Part shown: piece by piece, positions 48,638-57,396 of the stretch
How positions within the stretch are numbered: the first letter of the stretch is position 1
How the letters are laid out: every line of letters starts with the position of its first letter
NCBI RefSeq assembly: GCF_046545655.1
Contig: NZ_JBKGZG010000001.1
Span: 25,705 to 89,704 of the forward strand
DNA: 64,000 bases
Origin: Thiohalorhabdus sp.
GTDB lineage: Bacteria; Pseudomonadota; Gammaproteobacteria; Thiohalorhabdales; Thiohalorhabdaceae
Reading direction: 5' to 3'
Made by a program: the position numbers and the translations under genes
The notes under the pieces: generated by a model
The model's database searches: none
The model's input: only the letters and a program-made list of their open reading frames with translations
What the model was told of the DNA's origin: nothing

Positions 48638-49899
48638 GCGTGGCCGTGGAAGAGATGCGCAGCCAGGCGGAGCAGGTGACCGACGCCGACGCCGATCGCT
48701 ACCGGCAGGACTTCCCGTGCCTCCAGCAGGAAGCGCACGGCAAGCCGCTGGTCTACCTGGACAGCGCCGCCACCAGCCAGAAGCCCCGCGCGGTGATCGA
48801 CGCCATCAGCCGGTTCTACGAGACCAGCTATTCCAACGTCCACCGCGGCGCCCACCTGCTCTCCGAGCGGGCCACCGAGGCCTACGAGGGGGCGCGCTCG
48901 CGGGTGGCGCAGTTCATCGGCGCGGCCGATCCCCGCGAGATCGTTTTCGTCCGGGGCGCCACCGAGGCGATCAACCTAGTGGCCGCCAGCTACGGGCGAG
49001 CCAACCTCCAGGCGGGCGACGAGATCCTGCTCACCGAGATGGAGCACCACTCCAACATCGTCCCCTGGCAGCTGATAGCCGAGCAGACCGGCGCCGTGAT
49101 CCGGGTGGTCCCCATCAGCGACGACGGCGAGCTGATGATGGACCGCTTCGACGAACTGCTCGGCGAGCGCACCAAGCTGGTGGGGGTGGGCCACGTCTCC
49201 AACGCGCTGGGAACCATCAACCCCGTCAAGGAGATCGTGGACAAGGCCCACGCCCAGGGGGCGGTGGTGCTGGTGGACGGCTGCCAGGCGGCGCCGCGCG
49301 TGCCGGTGGACGTGGGCGAGCTGGGCTGCGACTTCTACGCCTTCTCCGGCCACAAGCTCTACGGCCCGAGCGGCATCGGCGTGCTCTGGGGCCGCCACGA
49401 GCTGCTGGAGGCCATGCCCCCCTACCAAGGCGGCGGCGAGATGATCCAGCGGGTGACCTTCGAGCACACCACCTACGCCAAGGTGCCCCAGAAGTTCGAG
49501 GCCGGCACCCCGAACATCGCCGGCCCGGTGGGCTTGCACGCGGCTATGGACTACGTCGCCGGCATCGGCCTGGATGCCATATTCGCCCACGAGCGCGACC
49601 TGCTGGCCTATGCCACCGAGGCCATCCAGGAGGTGCCCGGCGTGCGCCTGATCGGCACCGCCGCCGAGAAAGCGGGGATCCTGTCCTTCGTCATGGAGGG
49701 CATCCACCCCCACGACATCGGCACCATCCTGGACAACCAGGGCATCGCCGTGCGCACGGGGCACCACTGCGCCCAGCCGGTGATGGACCGCTTCCAGGTG
49801 CCGGCCACCACCCGGGCCTCCTTCGGCCTGTACAACACCCGGGCCGACGTGGACGCCTTCATCCGGGGCCTCCACGAGGTGCGGGAGATCCTCGGCTGA
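48634..49899 (+). CDS. sufS: Cysteine desulfurase SufS
   Basis: 421 aa, with VYLDSAATSQKP, the PLP-lysine region FSGHKLYGPSGIG and active-site RTGHHCAQP. Its ATG overlaps the sufD stop (ATGA). Confidence 0.95.
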   Translation: MSVAVEEMRSQAEQVTDADADRYRQDFPCLQQEAHGKPLVYLDSAATSQKPRAVIDAISRFYETSYSNVHRGAHLLSERATEAYEGARSRVAQFIGAADPREIVFVRGATEAINLVAASYGRANLQAGDEILLTEMEHHSNIVPWQLIAEQTGAVIRVVPISDDGELMMDRFDELLGERTKLVGVGHVSNALGTINPVKEIVDKAHAQGAVVLVDGCQAAPRVPVDVGELGCDFYAFSGHKLYGPSGIGVLWGRHELLEAMPPYQGGGEMIQRVTFEHTTYAKVPQKFEAGTPNIAGPVGLHAAMDYVAGIGLDAIFAHERDLLAYATEAIQEVPGVRLIGTAAEKAGILSFVMEGIHPHDIGTILDNQGIAVRTGHHCAQPVMDRFQVPATTRASFGLYNTRADVDAFIRGLHEVREILG

Positions 49900-49969
49900 G
49901 GAAGCCCGGATGCGGGAAGCACCACTCAACCACCCGCGGCACAGCCGTTCCGGAAGGAGCTAGAGTCCC

Positions 49970-50428
49970 ATGGCGGACGTTCGCGACCTCTACCAGGAAG
50001 TGATCTTCGAGCACAACAAGAACCCCCGCAACTTCGGGGTCCTGGCCGACCACAACCGCCACGCCGTGGGCCACAACCCCCTGTGCGGGGACCAGCTCAC
50101 GGTCTACCTGATGGTGGACGACAACGACGTGGTCCAGGACGTGAAGTTCGAGGGCTCCGGGTGCGCCATCTCGGTGGCCTCCGCCTCCCTGATGACCCAG
50201 ATCCTCAAGGGCAAGTCCAAGCAGGAGGCCGACGAGCTCTTCCAGGCCTTCCACGACGTCTGCACCAAGGAGCGCGAGGCCGAGGACGTGCCCGAGCTCG
50301 GCAAGCTGGCCGTGCTCACCGGGGTGCGCGATTTCCCCTCCCGAGTGAAGTGCGCCACCTTGGCCTGGCACACCGTACACGCCGCCCTCGAGCACGACGA
50401 GGAGGGCGCCAGCGTTACCACCGAGTAA
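49970..50428 (+). CDS. sufU: SufU-type sulfur-transfer / scaffold protein (NifU N-terminal family)
   Basis: Conserved cysteines sit in NPLCGD, GSGCAISVASAS and RVKCATLAW. The SufU-like GCAIS motif is present, and there is no LPPVK motif. Confidence 0.85.
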   Translation: MADVRDLYQEVIFEHNKNPRNFGVLADHNRHAVGHNPLCGDQLTVYLMVDDNDVVQDVKFEGSGCAISVASASLMTQILKGKSKQEADELFQAFHDVCTKEREAEDVPELGKLAVLTGVRDFPSRVKCATLAWHTVHAALEHDEEGASVTTE

Positions 50429-50486
50429 CGCCCCCGCGCCGGTGGTCCCGGCAGCGGGCCCAACGCCTGCCTGAGGAGCGAGCCCG

Positions 50487-51107
50487 ATGAGTGAACCGCG
50501 TGAACAGCCCCAGGAGATCCGCCCCCACACCATGTCCAAGCGCTTGGAGATCGAGTGGGGCGACGGGCACATCTCCGATTTCCCATACAGCTTCCTGCGG
50601 GAGAACGCCCCCTCCCTGCCCGACCGGGCCGATGCCGAGGGGATCGATGTCACGGACTTCCAGCCCGTGGGCCACTACGCCATCCAGATGACCTTCGACA
50701 CTGGCGAGTCGGCCACCTACACCTGGGAGGCCCTGCGCAATATCGACCCCACGGACGAGGCCAACGCCGGCGACGACGAGGAGGTGGACCTCTCCGAGCT
50801 TCCGGAGATCGAGGAAGACAAGATCGTCGAGGCCCTGCGCCAGGTCTACGACCCCGAGATCCCGGTGAACATCTACGACCTCGGCCTCATCTACAACCTC
50901 GACATCCACCCCAACCACAAGGTGGACGTGAAGATGACCCTCACCACGCCGGGCTGCCCCGAGGCGGCCACCTTCCCCGGCAAGGTGGAGGCGGCCGTGA
51001 AGTCGGTGCCCGGAGTGGTGGACGCCGAGGTGGAGCTGGTCTGGGACCCGCCGTGGACCAAGGACCACATGTCCGAGGACGTGAAGCTGGCCCTTGGCAT
51101 CTGGTAA
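50487..51107 (+). CDS. DUF971-like N-domain fused to SufT/DUF59 (MIP18) Fe-S assembly domain
   Basis: The N-terminus has RLEIEWGDGHISDFPYSFLREN (DUF971-like). The C-terminus has IVEALRQVYDPEIPVNIYDLGLIY and TLTTPGCPEA (DUF59/SufT). Confidence 0.8.
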   Translation: MSEPREQPQEIRPHTMSKRLEIEWGDGHISDFPYSFLRENAPSLPDRADAEGIDVTDFQPVGHYAIQMTFDTGESATYTWEALRNIDPTDEANAGDDEEVDLSELPEIEEDKIVEALRQVYDPEIPVNIYDLGLIYNLDIHPNHKVDVKMTLTTPGCPEAATFPGKVEAAVKSVPGVVDAEVELVWDPPWTKDHMSEDVKLALGIW

Positions 51108-51136
51108 CCGCCCCGCAACCAGGAAGGAGAACCCGC

Positions 51137-51457
51137 ATGGCCGACTGGGTCGAGGTGGGCACCACCGAGGACCTGCCGCCGGGGTCCTACACCTCGGTGG
51201 ACGTGGACGACGTGCAGATCGCCGTGTTCAACTGCGGCGGCACCTACTACGCCATCGAGGACGTCTGCACGCACGACTACGGGCAGCTCACCGGCGGCGA
51301 GATGGAGGACTGCCGCATCGTCTGCCCGCGGCACGGGGCCAAGTTCGACGTTGCCTCCGGCGAGGCCCTGACCCCGCCGGCCTACGAGCCGGTGGACACC
51401 TTCCCCGTTCAGGTGGAGGACGGCAAGGTCTACGTCGCCGATGATCGTTGGGACTAG
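51137..51457 (+). CDS. Rieske [2Fe-2S] ferredoxin (paralog 1, last gene of suf operon)
   Basis: 106 aa, with CTHDYGQL ... CPRHGAKF (CxH...CxxH). ATG 51137 follows GGAAGGAGA. Confidence 0.85.
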   Translation: MADWVEVGTTEDLPPGSYTSVDVDDVQIAVFNCGGTYYAIEDVCTHDYGQLTGGEMEDCRIVCPRHGAKFDVASGEALTPPAYEPVDTFPVQVEDGKVYVADDRWD

Positions 51458-51526
51458 GAAACTGGTGGGTCCGAGGGGGCGCGGAGCGGATGCCGCCGGA
51501 GCTGAGCCCGTCCCCGGACCGAACCT

Positions 51527-51560
51527 AAGGCCTTTTTCTCCGGGGAAAGGCCTTTCTTTT
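51527..51560 (+). terminator. Hairpin + U-tract (weak intrinsic terminator/attenuator) between the two Rieske genes
   Basis: AAGGCCTTT (51527-51535), a 10-nt loop, then AAAGGCCTT (51546-51554), followed by TCTTTTC. It ends 14 nt before the next ATG. Confidence 0.5.
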
Positions 51561-51574
51561 CAAAAGGTATAGCC

Positions 51575-51898
51575 ATGAGCGACTGGTGGCAGGTGGGCCG
51601 GATCGAGGACATCCCCCCTGGCTCGGTGGCCCGGGTGGAGGCCGATGATGTCCCCATGGCGGTGGTGAACCTGGGCGGGGAGCTCTACGCCCTGACCAAC
51701 CTCTGCACCCATATGGATGCCGAGCTCCACGAGGGCGAGCTCGACCCCGAGGGCGAGCTGGAATGCCCCGCCCACGGCGCCCGCTTCGACGTGCGCACCG
51801 GCGAGGCCCTGACCCCGCCGGCCTTCGAGACCCTGGAGACCTATCCGGTCCAGGTGGCGGACGGCCTCGTCTACGTACGCCCCGATCCCGACGACTGA
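51575..51898 (+). CDS. Rieske [2Fe-2S] ferredoxin (paralog 2)
   Basis: 107 aa, with CTHMDAEL ... CPAHGARF. It is about half identical to paralog 1 by eye. Confidence 0.85.
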   Translation: MSDWWQVGRIEDIPPGSVARVEADDVPMAVVNLGGELYALTNLCTHMDAELHEGELDPEGELECPAHGARFDVRTGEALTPPAFETLETYPVQVADGLVYVRPDPDD

Positions 51899-51907
51899 CC
51901 CCCGCCC

Positions 51908-53281
51908 ATGGTGGCCCCGGACCGCATCCAAGACCTCCGTCCGGGCCCACCACGCCCCGGCCGCTACGTCCTCTACTGGATGCAGCAGGCCCAGCGCGCC
52001 TCCGACAACCCGGCCCTCGATCTGGCCGTCCACCGCGCCAATGAGCTCTGCCTGCCGGTGGTGGTCGCCTTCGGCCTGACCGCGGACTACCCCGAGGCCA
52101 ACCTGCGCCACTACGCCTTCATGGTGCAGGGGCTGGCGGAGGTGGGCGCCCACCTCCGCCGACGGGGCATCGCTTTCCTTCCCTCACACGACGCCCCGCC
52201 CCAGGCCGCCCTCCGGCTGGCGGAAGGGGCCGCCCTCTTGGTCTGCGACCGGGGCTACCTGCGCCACCAGCGGCAGTGGCGCCGGGAGGTGGCCGACCGC
52301 GCCCCCTGCCCGGTGGTGGAGGTGGAAACGGAGGTTGTGGTCCCGGTGGAGATCGCCTCCCCGAAGGCGGAGACGGCGGCCCGAACCCTGCGCCCCAGGA
52401 TCGCGCGCCGGCGGGAGGAGTTCCTGGCGGAACCGCCGGCCGAGGAACCCAACGTCTCCGCCCGCCCCCTTGGGCTCCGGGGCGACTTCAACCCGGAGGA
52501 CGGCGAGACCATCCTCCGCGACCTGCCCCTGGACCGCTCGGTTGCGCCGGTCTCCGCCTTCCAGGGGGGGTGCCGCGAGGCGCACCACCGCCTGGACCGC
52601 TTCCTCCGGGAGCGACTCCCGGGCTACGCCCGCCGCAGCAGCGACCCGGTGGCGGAGGCCACCTCCCACCTGTCCCCCTACCTCCATTTCGGCCAGATCG
52701 GCGTCCGAGAGGTAGCGCGGGCCGTCCAGGGGGCCGATGCCCCCGCGGAGGACCGCGAAGCCTTCCTGGAGCAGCTCATCGTCCGGCGCGAGCTGGCCTG
52801 CAACCACGTCTGGTACCGTCCCGACTACGACGCCTACACCGGCCTTCCCGACTGGGCCCGCCGCACCCTGGCCGAGCATGCCGACGACCCGCGCGACCCC
52901 TGCTATTCCCGGGAGACTTTGGAGGCGGCGGAGACGGCCGACCCATACTGGAACGCCGCCATGACCGACCTGCGCACCCGGGGCTTCATGCCCAACTATA
53001 TGCGGATGTACTGGGGCAAGAAGGTGCTGGAATGGACGGCCGACCCCCAGACCGCCTTTGCGACCCTCCTGGCGCTGAACAACCGGTACTTCCTGGACGG
53101 GCGGGACCCGAACGCCTTCGCCAACGTGGCCTGGTGCTTCGGCCTGCACGACCGGGGGTGGCCGGAGCGGCCGGTCTTCGGCAAGGTACGCTACATGAAC
53201 GCCCGCGGGCTGCGCCGCAAGTTCCCCATCGAAGACTATGTCCGGCGGGTATGGGACAACAGCGAGCCGGAGACGCCATGA
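51908..53281 (+). CDS. phr: Deoxyribodipyrimidine photolyase, class II
   Basis: 457 aa. It is colinear with class II CPD photolyases: YVLYWMQQAQRASDNPAL, SHLSPYLHFGQIG, DPYWNAAMTDL, MRMYWGKKVLEW, GRDPNAFANVAW, GKVRYMNARGLRRKF. Confidence 0.92.
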   Translation: MVAPDRIQDLRPGPPRPGRYVLYWMQQAQRASDNPALDLAVHRANELCLPVVVAFGLTADYPEANLRHYAFMVQGLAEVGAHLRRRGIAFLPSHDAPPQAALRLAEGAALLVCDRGYLRHQRQWRREVADRAPCPVVEVETEVVVPVEIASPKAETAARTLRPRIARRREEFLAEPPAEEPNVSARPLGLRGDFNPEDGETILRDLPLDRSVAPVSAFQGGCREAHHRLDRFLRERLPGYARRSSDPVAEATSHLSPYLHFGQIGVREVARAVQGADAPAEDREAFLEQLIVRRELACNHVWYRPDYDAYTGLPDWARRTLAEHADDPRDPCYSRETLEAAETADPYWNAAMTDLRTRGFMPNYMRMYWGKKVLEWTADPQTAFATLLALNNRYFLDGRDPNAFANVAWCFGLHDRGWPERPVFGKVRYMNARGLRRKFPIEDYVRRVWDNSEPETP

Positions 53282-53670
53282 GCCCGGAAGTGCGCGAGAA
53301 CGTATCCCGCGGAGCCACCTGGATCCGCGGCCTGTACATGCTGCTGTTCGCCCTGATCTTCAACCTCGCCGAGCTGGTGCTGGCGGCGGTGGCGTTGTTC
53401 CAGTTCGCCGCCCACCTGCTCGCCGGAGAGCCCAACACGAGGCTCCGCGCCTTCGGGGCGCACCTGGGCGCCTATCTGCAGGAGATCGCGGCCTTCCTGA
53501 CCTACGCCAGCGAAGACCGGCCCTTCCCTTTCGCGCCCTGGCCGGACGGTGGGGACCCCCAGCCCATCAGCGGAAACCACGGGGAGGAGGCATCCGAGGA
53601 GAGCAAGGGGAAGGTCAGGGACGAGGGCGACGCGGGAGGCGGGGAGCCCAACGAAGCCGGGGTGCGCTGA
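53278..53670 (+). CDS. DUF4389-like small membrane protein with acidic tail
   Basis: Its ATG at 53278 overlaps the photolyase stop (ATGA). WIRGLYMLLFALIFNLAELVLAAVALFQF ... SEDRPFPFAPWP resembles DUF4389 from memory. Confidence 0.6.
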   Translation: MSPEVRENVSRGATWIRGLYMLLFALIFNLAELVLAAVALFQFAAHLLAGEPNTRLRAFGAHLGAYLQEIAAFLTYASEDRPFPFAPWPDGGDPQPISGNHGEEASEESKGKVRDEGDAGGGEPNEAGVR

Positions 53671-53693
53671 CCTTCGGCTACCCCCCGGAACGG

Positions 53694-53725
53694 AAAAGCC
53701 CCGGCTCGCCGAGCCGGGGCTTTTT
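53694..53725. terminator. Bidirectional rho-independent terminator
   Basis: AAAA, then GCCCCGGCTC-gcc-GAGCCGGGGC (53698-53720), then TTTTT. It lies between convergent genes. Confidence 0.8.
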
Positions 53726-53760
53726 GGTGGGTCAACCCGCCCCTGGCGTGGTCTTTCCGG

Positions 53761-54768
53761 TCAGGCGCCGTAATATTCCCGGTACCAGGCCACGAACCGT
53801 TCGATACCCGTCTTCAGGGGCGTATCCGGCGAAAAGCCCACCGCCTCCTGCAGGTCGGCCACGTCGGCGTAGGTGGCCGGCACGTCGCCGGGCTGCATGG
53901 GCAGGTAGTTCTTCTTCGCCTCCATGCCCAGGGCCTCCTCGAGGGTGGCGATGAAGTCCATCAGCTTGACGGGGCTGTGGTTGCCGATGTTGTAGACCCG
54001 GTAGGGGACGTAGGAGCTGCCGGGATCCGGGGCGTCGCCGGACCAGTCCGGGTTGGGCTCGGGGACCGCGTCGGCGGTGCGCACCACCCCCTCGACGATG
54101 TCGTCGATGTAGGTGAAGTCGCGCTGCATGGCGCCGTGGTTGTAGACGTCGATGGGCTGGCCCTCGGTGATGGCCTTGGTGAACTTGAACAGCGCCATGT
54201 CCGGGCGCCCCCAGGGGCCGTAGACGGTGAAGAAGCGCAGGCCGGTCATGGGGGTGCCGTAGAGGTGGCAGTAGGTGTGGGCCATCAGCTCGTTGGCCTT
54301 CTTGGTGGCCGCGTACAGCGACACCGGATGGTCCACGTTGTGGTGCACCGAGAAGGGCATGGTGGTGTTGGCGCCGTACACCGAGCTGCTGGAGGCGAAC
54401 ACCAGGTGCTCGACGTCGTGGTGGCGGCAGCCCTCCAGGATGTTGAGGAAGCCGGTGAGGTTGCTGTCGGCGTAGGCGTGGGGGTTCTCCAGGCTGTAGC
54501 GCACCCCGGCCTGCGCCGCTAGGTGGATCACCCGGTCCGGTCGGTGCGCGGCGAACACCTCGGCCACCGCCTCGCGGTCCTCCAGGGAAACGCGGGCCTC
54601 GGTGAAGCCGGGCCGGCCGCTGATGCGCGCCAGCCGGTCCTCCTTGAGGCGCACGTCGTAGTAGGCGTTGACGTTGTCCAGCCCCACCACCTCGTCGCCG
54701 CGGTCGAGCAGGCGCTCGGCGACGAAGTTGCCGATGAAGCCGGCGGTCCCGGTGACCAGGAAGCGCAT
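53761..54768 (-). CDS. NAD-dependent epimerase, UDP-glucuronate 4-epimerase-like
   Basis: 335 aa starting MRFLVTGTAGFIGNFVAERLL, with YAATKKANE (YxxxK). It lies directly downstream of ugd. Confidence 0.85.
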   Translation of the reverse strand: MRFLVTGTAGFIGNFVAERLLDRGDEVVGLDNVNAYYDVRLKEDRLARISGRPGFTEARVSLEDREAVAEVFAAHRPDRVIHLAAQAGVRYSLENPHAYADSNLTGFLNILEGCRHHDVEHLVFASSSSVYGANTTMPFSVHHNVDHPVSLYAATKKANELMAHTYCHLYGTPMTGLRFFTVYGPWGRPDMALFKFTKAITEGQPIDVYNHGAMQRDFTYIDDIVEGVVRTADAVPEPNPDWSGDAPDPGSSYVPYRVYNIGNHSPVKLMDFIATLEEALGMEAKKNYLPMQPGDVPATYADVADLQEAVGFSPDTPLKTGIERFVAWYREYYGA

Positions 54769-54772
54769 GGGC

Positions 54773-56116
54773 CTAGCCCTCGCCCGGGGTGGTCTGGGGC
54801 CGGCCGATGGCCACGTGGGTGAGGCCGTGGGGGGCCAGGACGGCGGGGTCGTAGATGTTGCGGCCGTCGAAGATCACCGGGTCCCTCAGGGTGGCGGCGA
54901 TGTGGTCGAAGTCGGGGCTGCGGAAGGGCTTCCACTCGGTGACCAGCACCAGGGCGTCGGCGCCCTCCAGGGCGGCGTAGCGGTCGTCCACGAGGGTGAG
55001 GTCGGCCCGCTCGCCGTAGATGCGCCGGCATTCGTCCATGGCCTCGGGGTCATGCGCCCGCACGGTGGCGCCGCGGGCCCACAGCCCTTCCATGAGCCGG
55101 CGCGCGGGCGCCTCCCGCATGTCGTCGGTGTTGGGCTTGAAGGCCAGGCCCCACAGGGCGAAGGTCTTGCCGGTGAGGTCCTCGCCGTAGCGCGCCACGA
55201 TCTTGCGCTCGAGGACGGTCTTCTGCTCGTCGTTCACCGCCTCCACGGCCTGCAGCATGCGCGCGGTGTAGCCGTGCTCGCGGGCGGTGCGCTCCAAAGC
55301 GGCCACGTCCTTGGGGAAGCAGGAACCGCCGAAGCCGGCGCCGGGGTAGATGAAGGAGAAGCCGATGCGGGGGTCGCTGCCGATGCCCTGGCGCACCATC
55401 TCGACGTCGGCGCCCACCCGCTCGCAGAGGTTGGCCACCTCGTTCATGAAGCTGATCTTGGTGGCGAGCATGGCGTTGGCGGCGTACTTGGTCATCTCCG
55501 CGGAGCGCACGTCCATGGTGATCACGCGCTCGTGGTTGCGGTTGAAGGGGGCGTAGAGCTCGCGCAGCAGGGCCCCGGTGCGCACGTTGTCGCAGCCGAG
55601 GATGATGCGGTCGGGCTTCATGAAGTCCTCCACCGCCGCGCCTTCCTTGAGGAATTCGGGGTTGGAGACGACGTCGTATTCGATGTCCTGGCCCCGCGCC
55701 GCCAGCTCCTCGCCCACCGCCGAGCGCACCTTGTCGGCGGTGCCCACCGGCACGGTGGATTTGTCGATGATCACGCGGTAGTCGTCCATGCGGGCGCCGA
55801 TGCCCCGGGCCACGTCGAGCACGTAGCGCAGGTCCGCCGAGCCGTCCTCGTCGGGCGGCGTGCCCACGGCGATGAACTGGAACAGGCCGTGGTCCACGCA
55901 GGCGTCCATGTCCGTGGTGAAGCGCAGCCGCCCCGCCGCCACGTTCTCGGCCACCAGGGGCTCCAGCCCCGGCTCGTAGATGGGCACCTCGCCGCGCTCC
56001 AGCGCCGCGATCTTGTCCGCGTCCACGTCCATGCACACCACGTCGTTGCCGGCCTCGGCCAGGCACGCCCCCGTCACCAGACCCACATAGCCCGTGCCGA
56101 CCACGGAAACCTTCAT
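54773..56116 (-). CDS. ugd: UDP-glucose 6-dehydrogenase
   Basis: Starts [26 protein letters not shown], with catalytic [10 protein letters not shown]. Start at ATG 56114-56116. Confidence 0.95.
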   Translation of the reverse strand: MKVSVVGTGYVGLVTGACLAEAGNDVVCMDVDADKIAALERGEVPIYEPGLEPLVAENVAAGRLRFTTDMDACVDHGLFQFIAVGTPPDEDGSADLRYVLDVARGIGARMDDYRVIIDKSTVPVGTADKVRSAVGEELAARGQDIEYDVVSNPEFLKEGAAVEDFMKPDRIILGCDNVRTGALLRELYAPFNRNHERVITMDVRSAEMTKYAANAMLATKISFMNEVANLCERVGADVEMVRQGIGSDPRIGFSFIYPGAGFGGSCFPKDVAALERTAREHGYTARMLQAVEAVNDEQKTVLERKIVARYGEDLTGKTFALWGLAFKPNTDDMREAPARRLMEGLWARGATVRAHDPEAMDECRRIYGERADLTLVDDRYAALEGADALVLVTEWKPFRSPDFDHIAATLRDPVIFDGRNIYDPAVLAPHGLTHVAIGRPQTTPGEG

Positions 56117-56269
56117 TCCAACCCCCGCGTTGCTTGCCTCGGATTCCTCCGGGACGAGCCCCCGGCCCGTCCAGGAAAACGCGTAGCGCCGCGCCGCCCC
56201 CCTTGACCCCCCATCCACCCGGTGCTAACGGGTGGAAAACGGTTCCCGCGCGCCCGGGAGGAGGCGGCC

Positions 56270-56797
56270 ATGACCATGAGCCACCGAAGGCGGCGACTAT
56301 ACTTCATCCTTCCCGACGTTCAAATCACCCGGGAAGTAGTCAACGAGCTGCTTCTGGCCCGGGTGGAGGAGCGCCATCTCCATTGCCTGGCCCGGGAGGA
56401 CCTCGACCTCGGAGACCTGCCCCAGGCGGACGTCTTCCAGCGCAGCGACATCATCCACGGCGCGGGCCTCGGGCTGGCCCTGGGCGGGGCCACCGGCGCC
56501 ATCGCCGGGGTGGCCACCATCTTCATCCAGCCCTCGGGCTGGGCCCAGAGCGGCGGCCTCGTGCTGGCCATCGCCCTAGTGGGCGCCCTGGTGGGCATGT
56601 GGGCCTCGGGCATGATCGGCACCTCGGTGCCCAACTCCCGCCTGAAGGCCTTCCAGAAGGACCTCGACGCGGGCCGGGTGCTGCTCATGGTGGACATCCC
56701 CGAGGACCGCGTGGAGGAGATCCGCGAGCGGGTCAAGAAGCACCACCCCGAAGCCTCCGATCGGGGCACGGACCCCCACATCCCGGCCTTCCCCTGA
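56270..56797 (+). CDS. Hypothetical membrane protein (glycine-zipper TM core flanked by soluble domains)
   Basis: ATG 56270 follows GGGAGGAGG. Sequence: MTMSHRRRRLYFILPD...GAGLGLALGGATGAIAGVATIF...ALVGALVGMWASGMIG...VLLMVDIPEDRVEEI. I recognise no family. Confidence 0.6.
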   Translation: MTMSHRRRRLYFILPDVQITREVVNELLLARVEERHLHCLAREDLDLGDLPQADVFQRSDIIHGAGLGLALGGATGAIAGVATIFIQPSGWAQSGGLVLAIALVGALVGMWASGMIGTSVPNSRLKAFQKDLDAGRVLLMVDIPEDRVEEIRERVKKHHPEASDRGTDPHIPAFP

Positions 56798-56811
56798 GGG
56801 CGGGCCGGGGA

Positions 56812-57396
56812 TCAGGCCTCCCCGACTCCGCCTGCGGGCCCCAGATCCGCCGGGGCGTCCACGTCGCGCAGGATACCAGGATCCGTCACTGCGATCCGCC
56901 GGACCCGCCCCGCATGAGCCTCCAGGACCCCGCGGGCGCCCCGGTCCCCCTCCATCGCCGCCAGGGCGGCACCGTGGTCCCGGGCGAAGCCCACCGGATG
57001 ACCCGCCCTGCCCCGATGGACGGGCCGCACCAGGGAGGCCCCGGCCCGCAGGCGCTCCGCCACCGCCGCCGCCGTTTCCCCGCGCACCCACGGCATGTCC
57101 CCCAGGGCGATCAGCCAGGCGTCCACCTCCGGGGTTGCGCGCACCCCGGCGGCCAGGCTCGCGCCCATGCCCCGTTCGCTCTCGGGAGCCACCAGCACCC
57201 TGGCGCCCGCCCCGGCCAGGAGCTCCGCCACCCGCTCCTCTCCGGGGCGTGCCACGGCCAGGACGTCGTCGGCCCCCGCGGCCAGTGCCTCGACGGCGGC
57301 CCGGGCCACGGGCCGGCCGTCCGGCAGGCGGGCCAGCAGCTTCTGACCGCCGAAACGGCGCCCGAGGCCGGCAGCCAGCAGGACCCCCTGAATCAT
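56812..57396 (-). CDS. mocA: Molybdenum cofactor cytidylyltransferase (MocA-like nucleotidyltransferase)
   Basis: Starts MIQGVLLAAGLGRRFGGQKLL, with LGDMPWV. It overlaps the xdhC stop (ATGA). Confidence 0.8.
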   Translation of the reverse strand: MIQGVLLAAGLGRRFGGQKLLARLPDGRPVARAAVEALAAGADDVLAVARPGEERVAELLAGAGARVLVAPESERGMGASLAAGVRATPEVDAWLIALGDMPWVRGETAAAVAERLRAGASLVRPVHRGRAGHPVGFARDHGAALAAMEGDRGARGVLEAHAGRVRRIAVTDPGILRDVDAPADLGPAGGVGEA

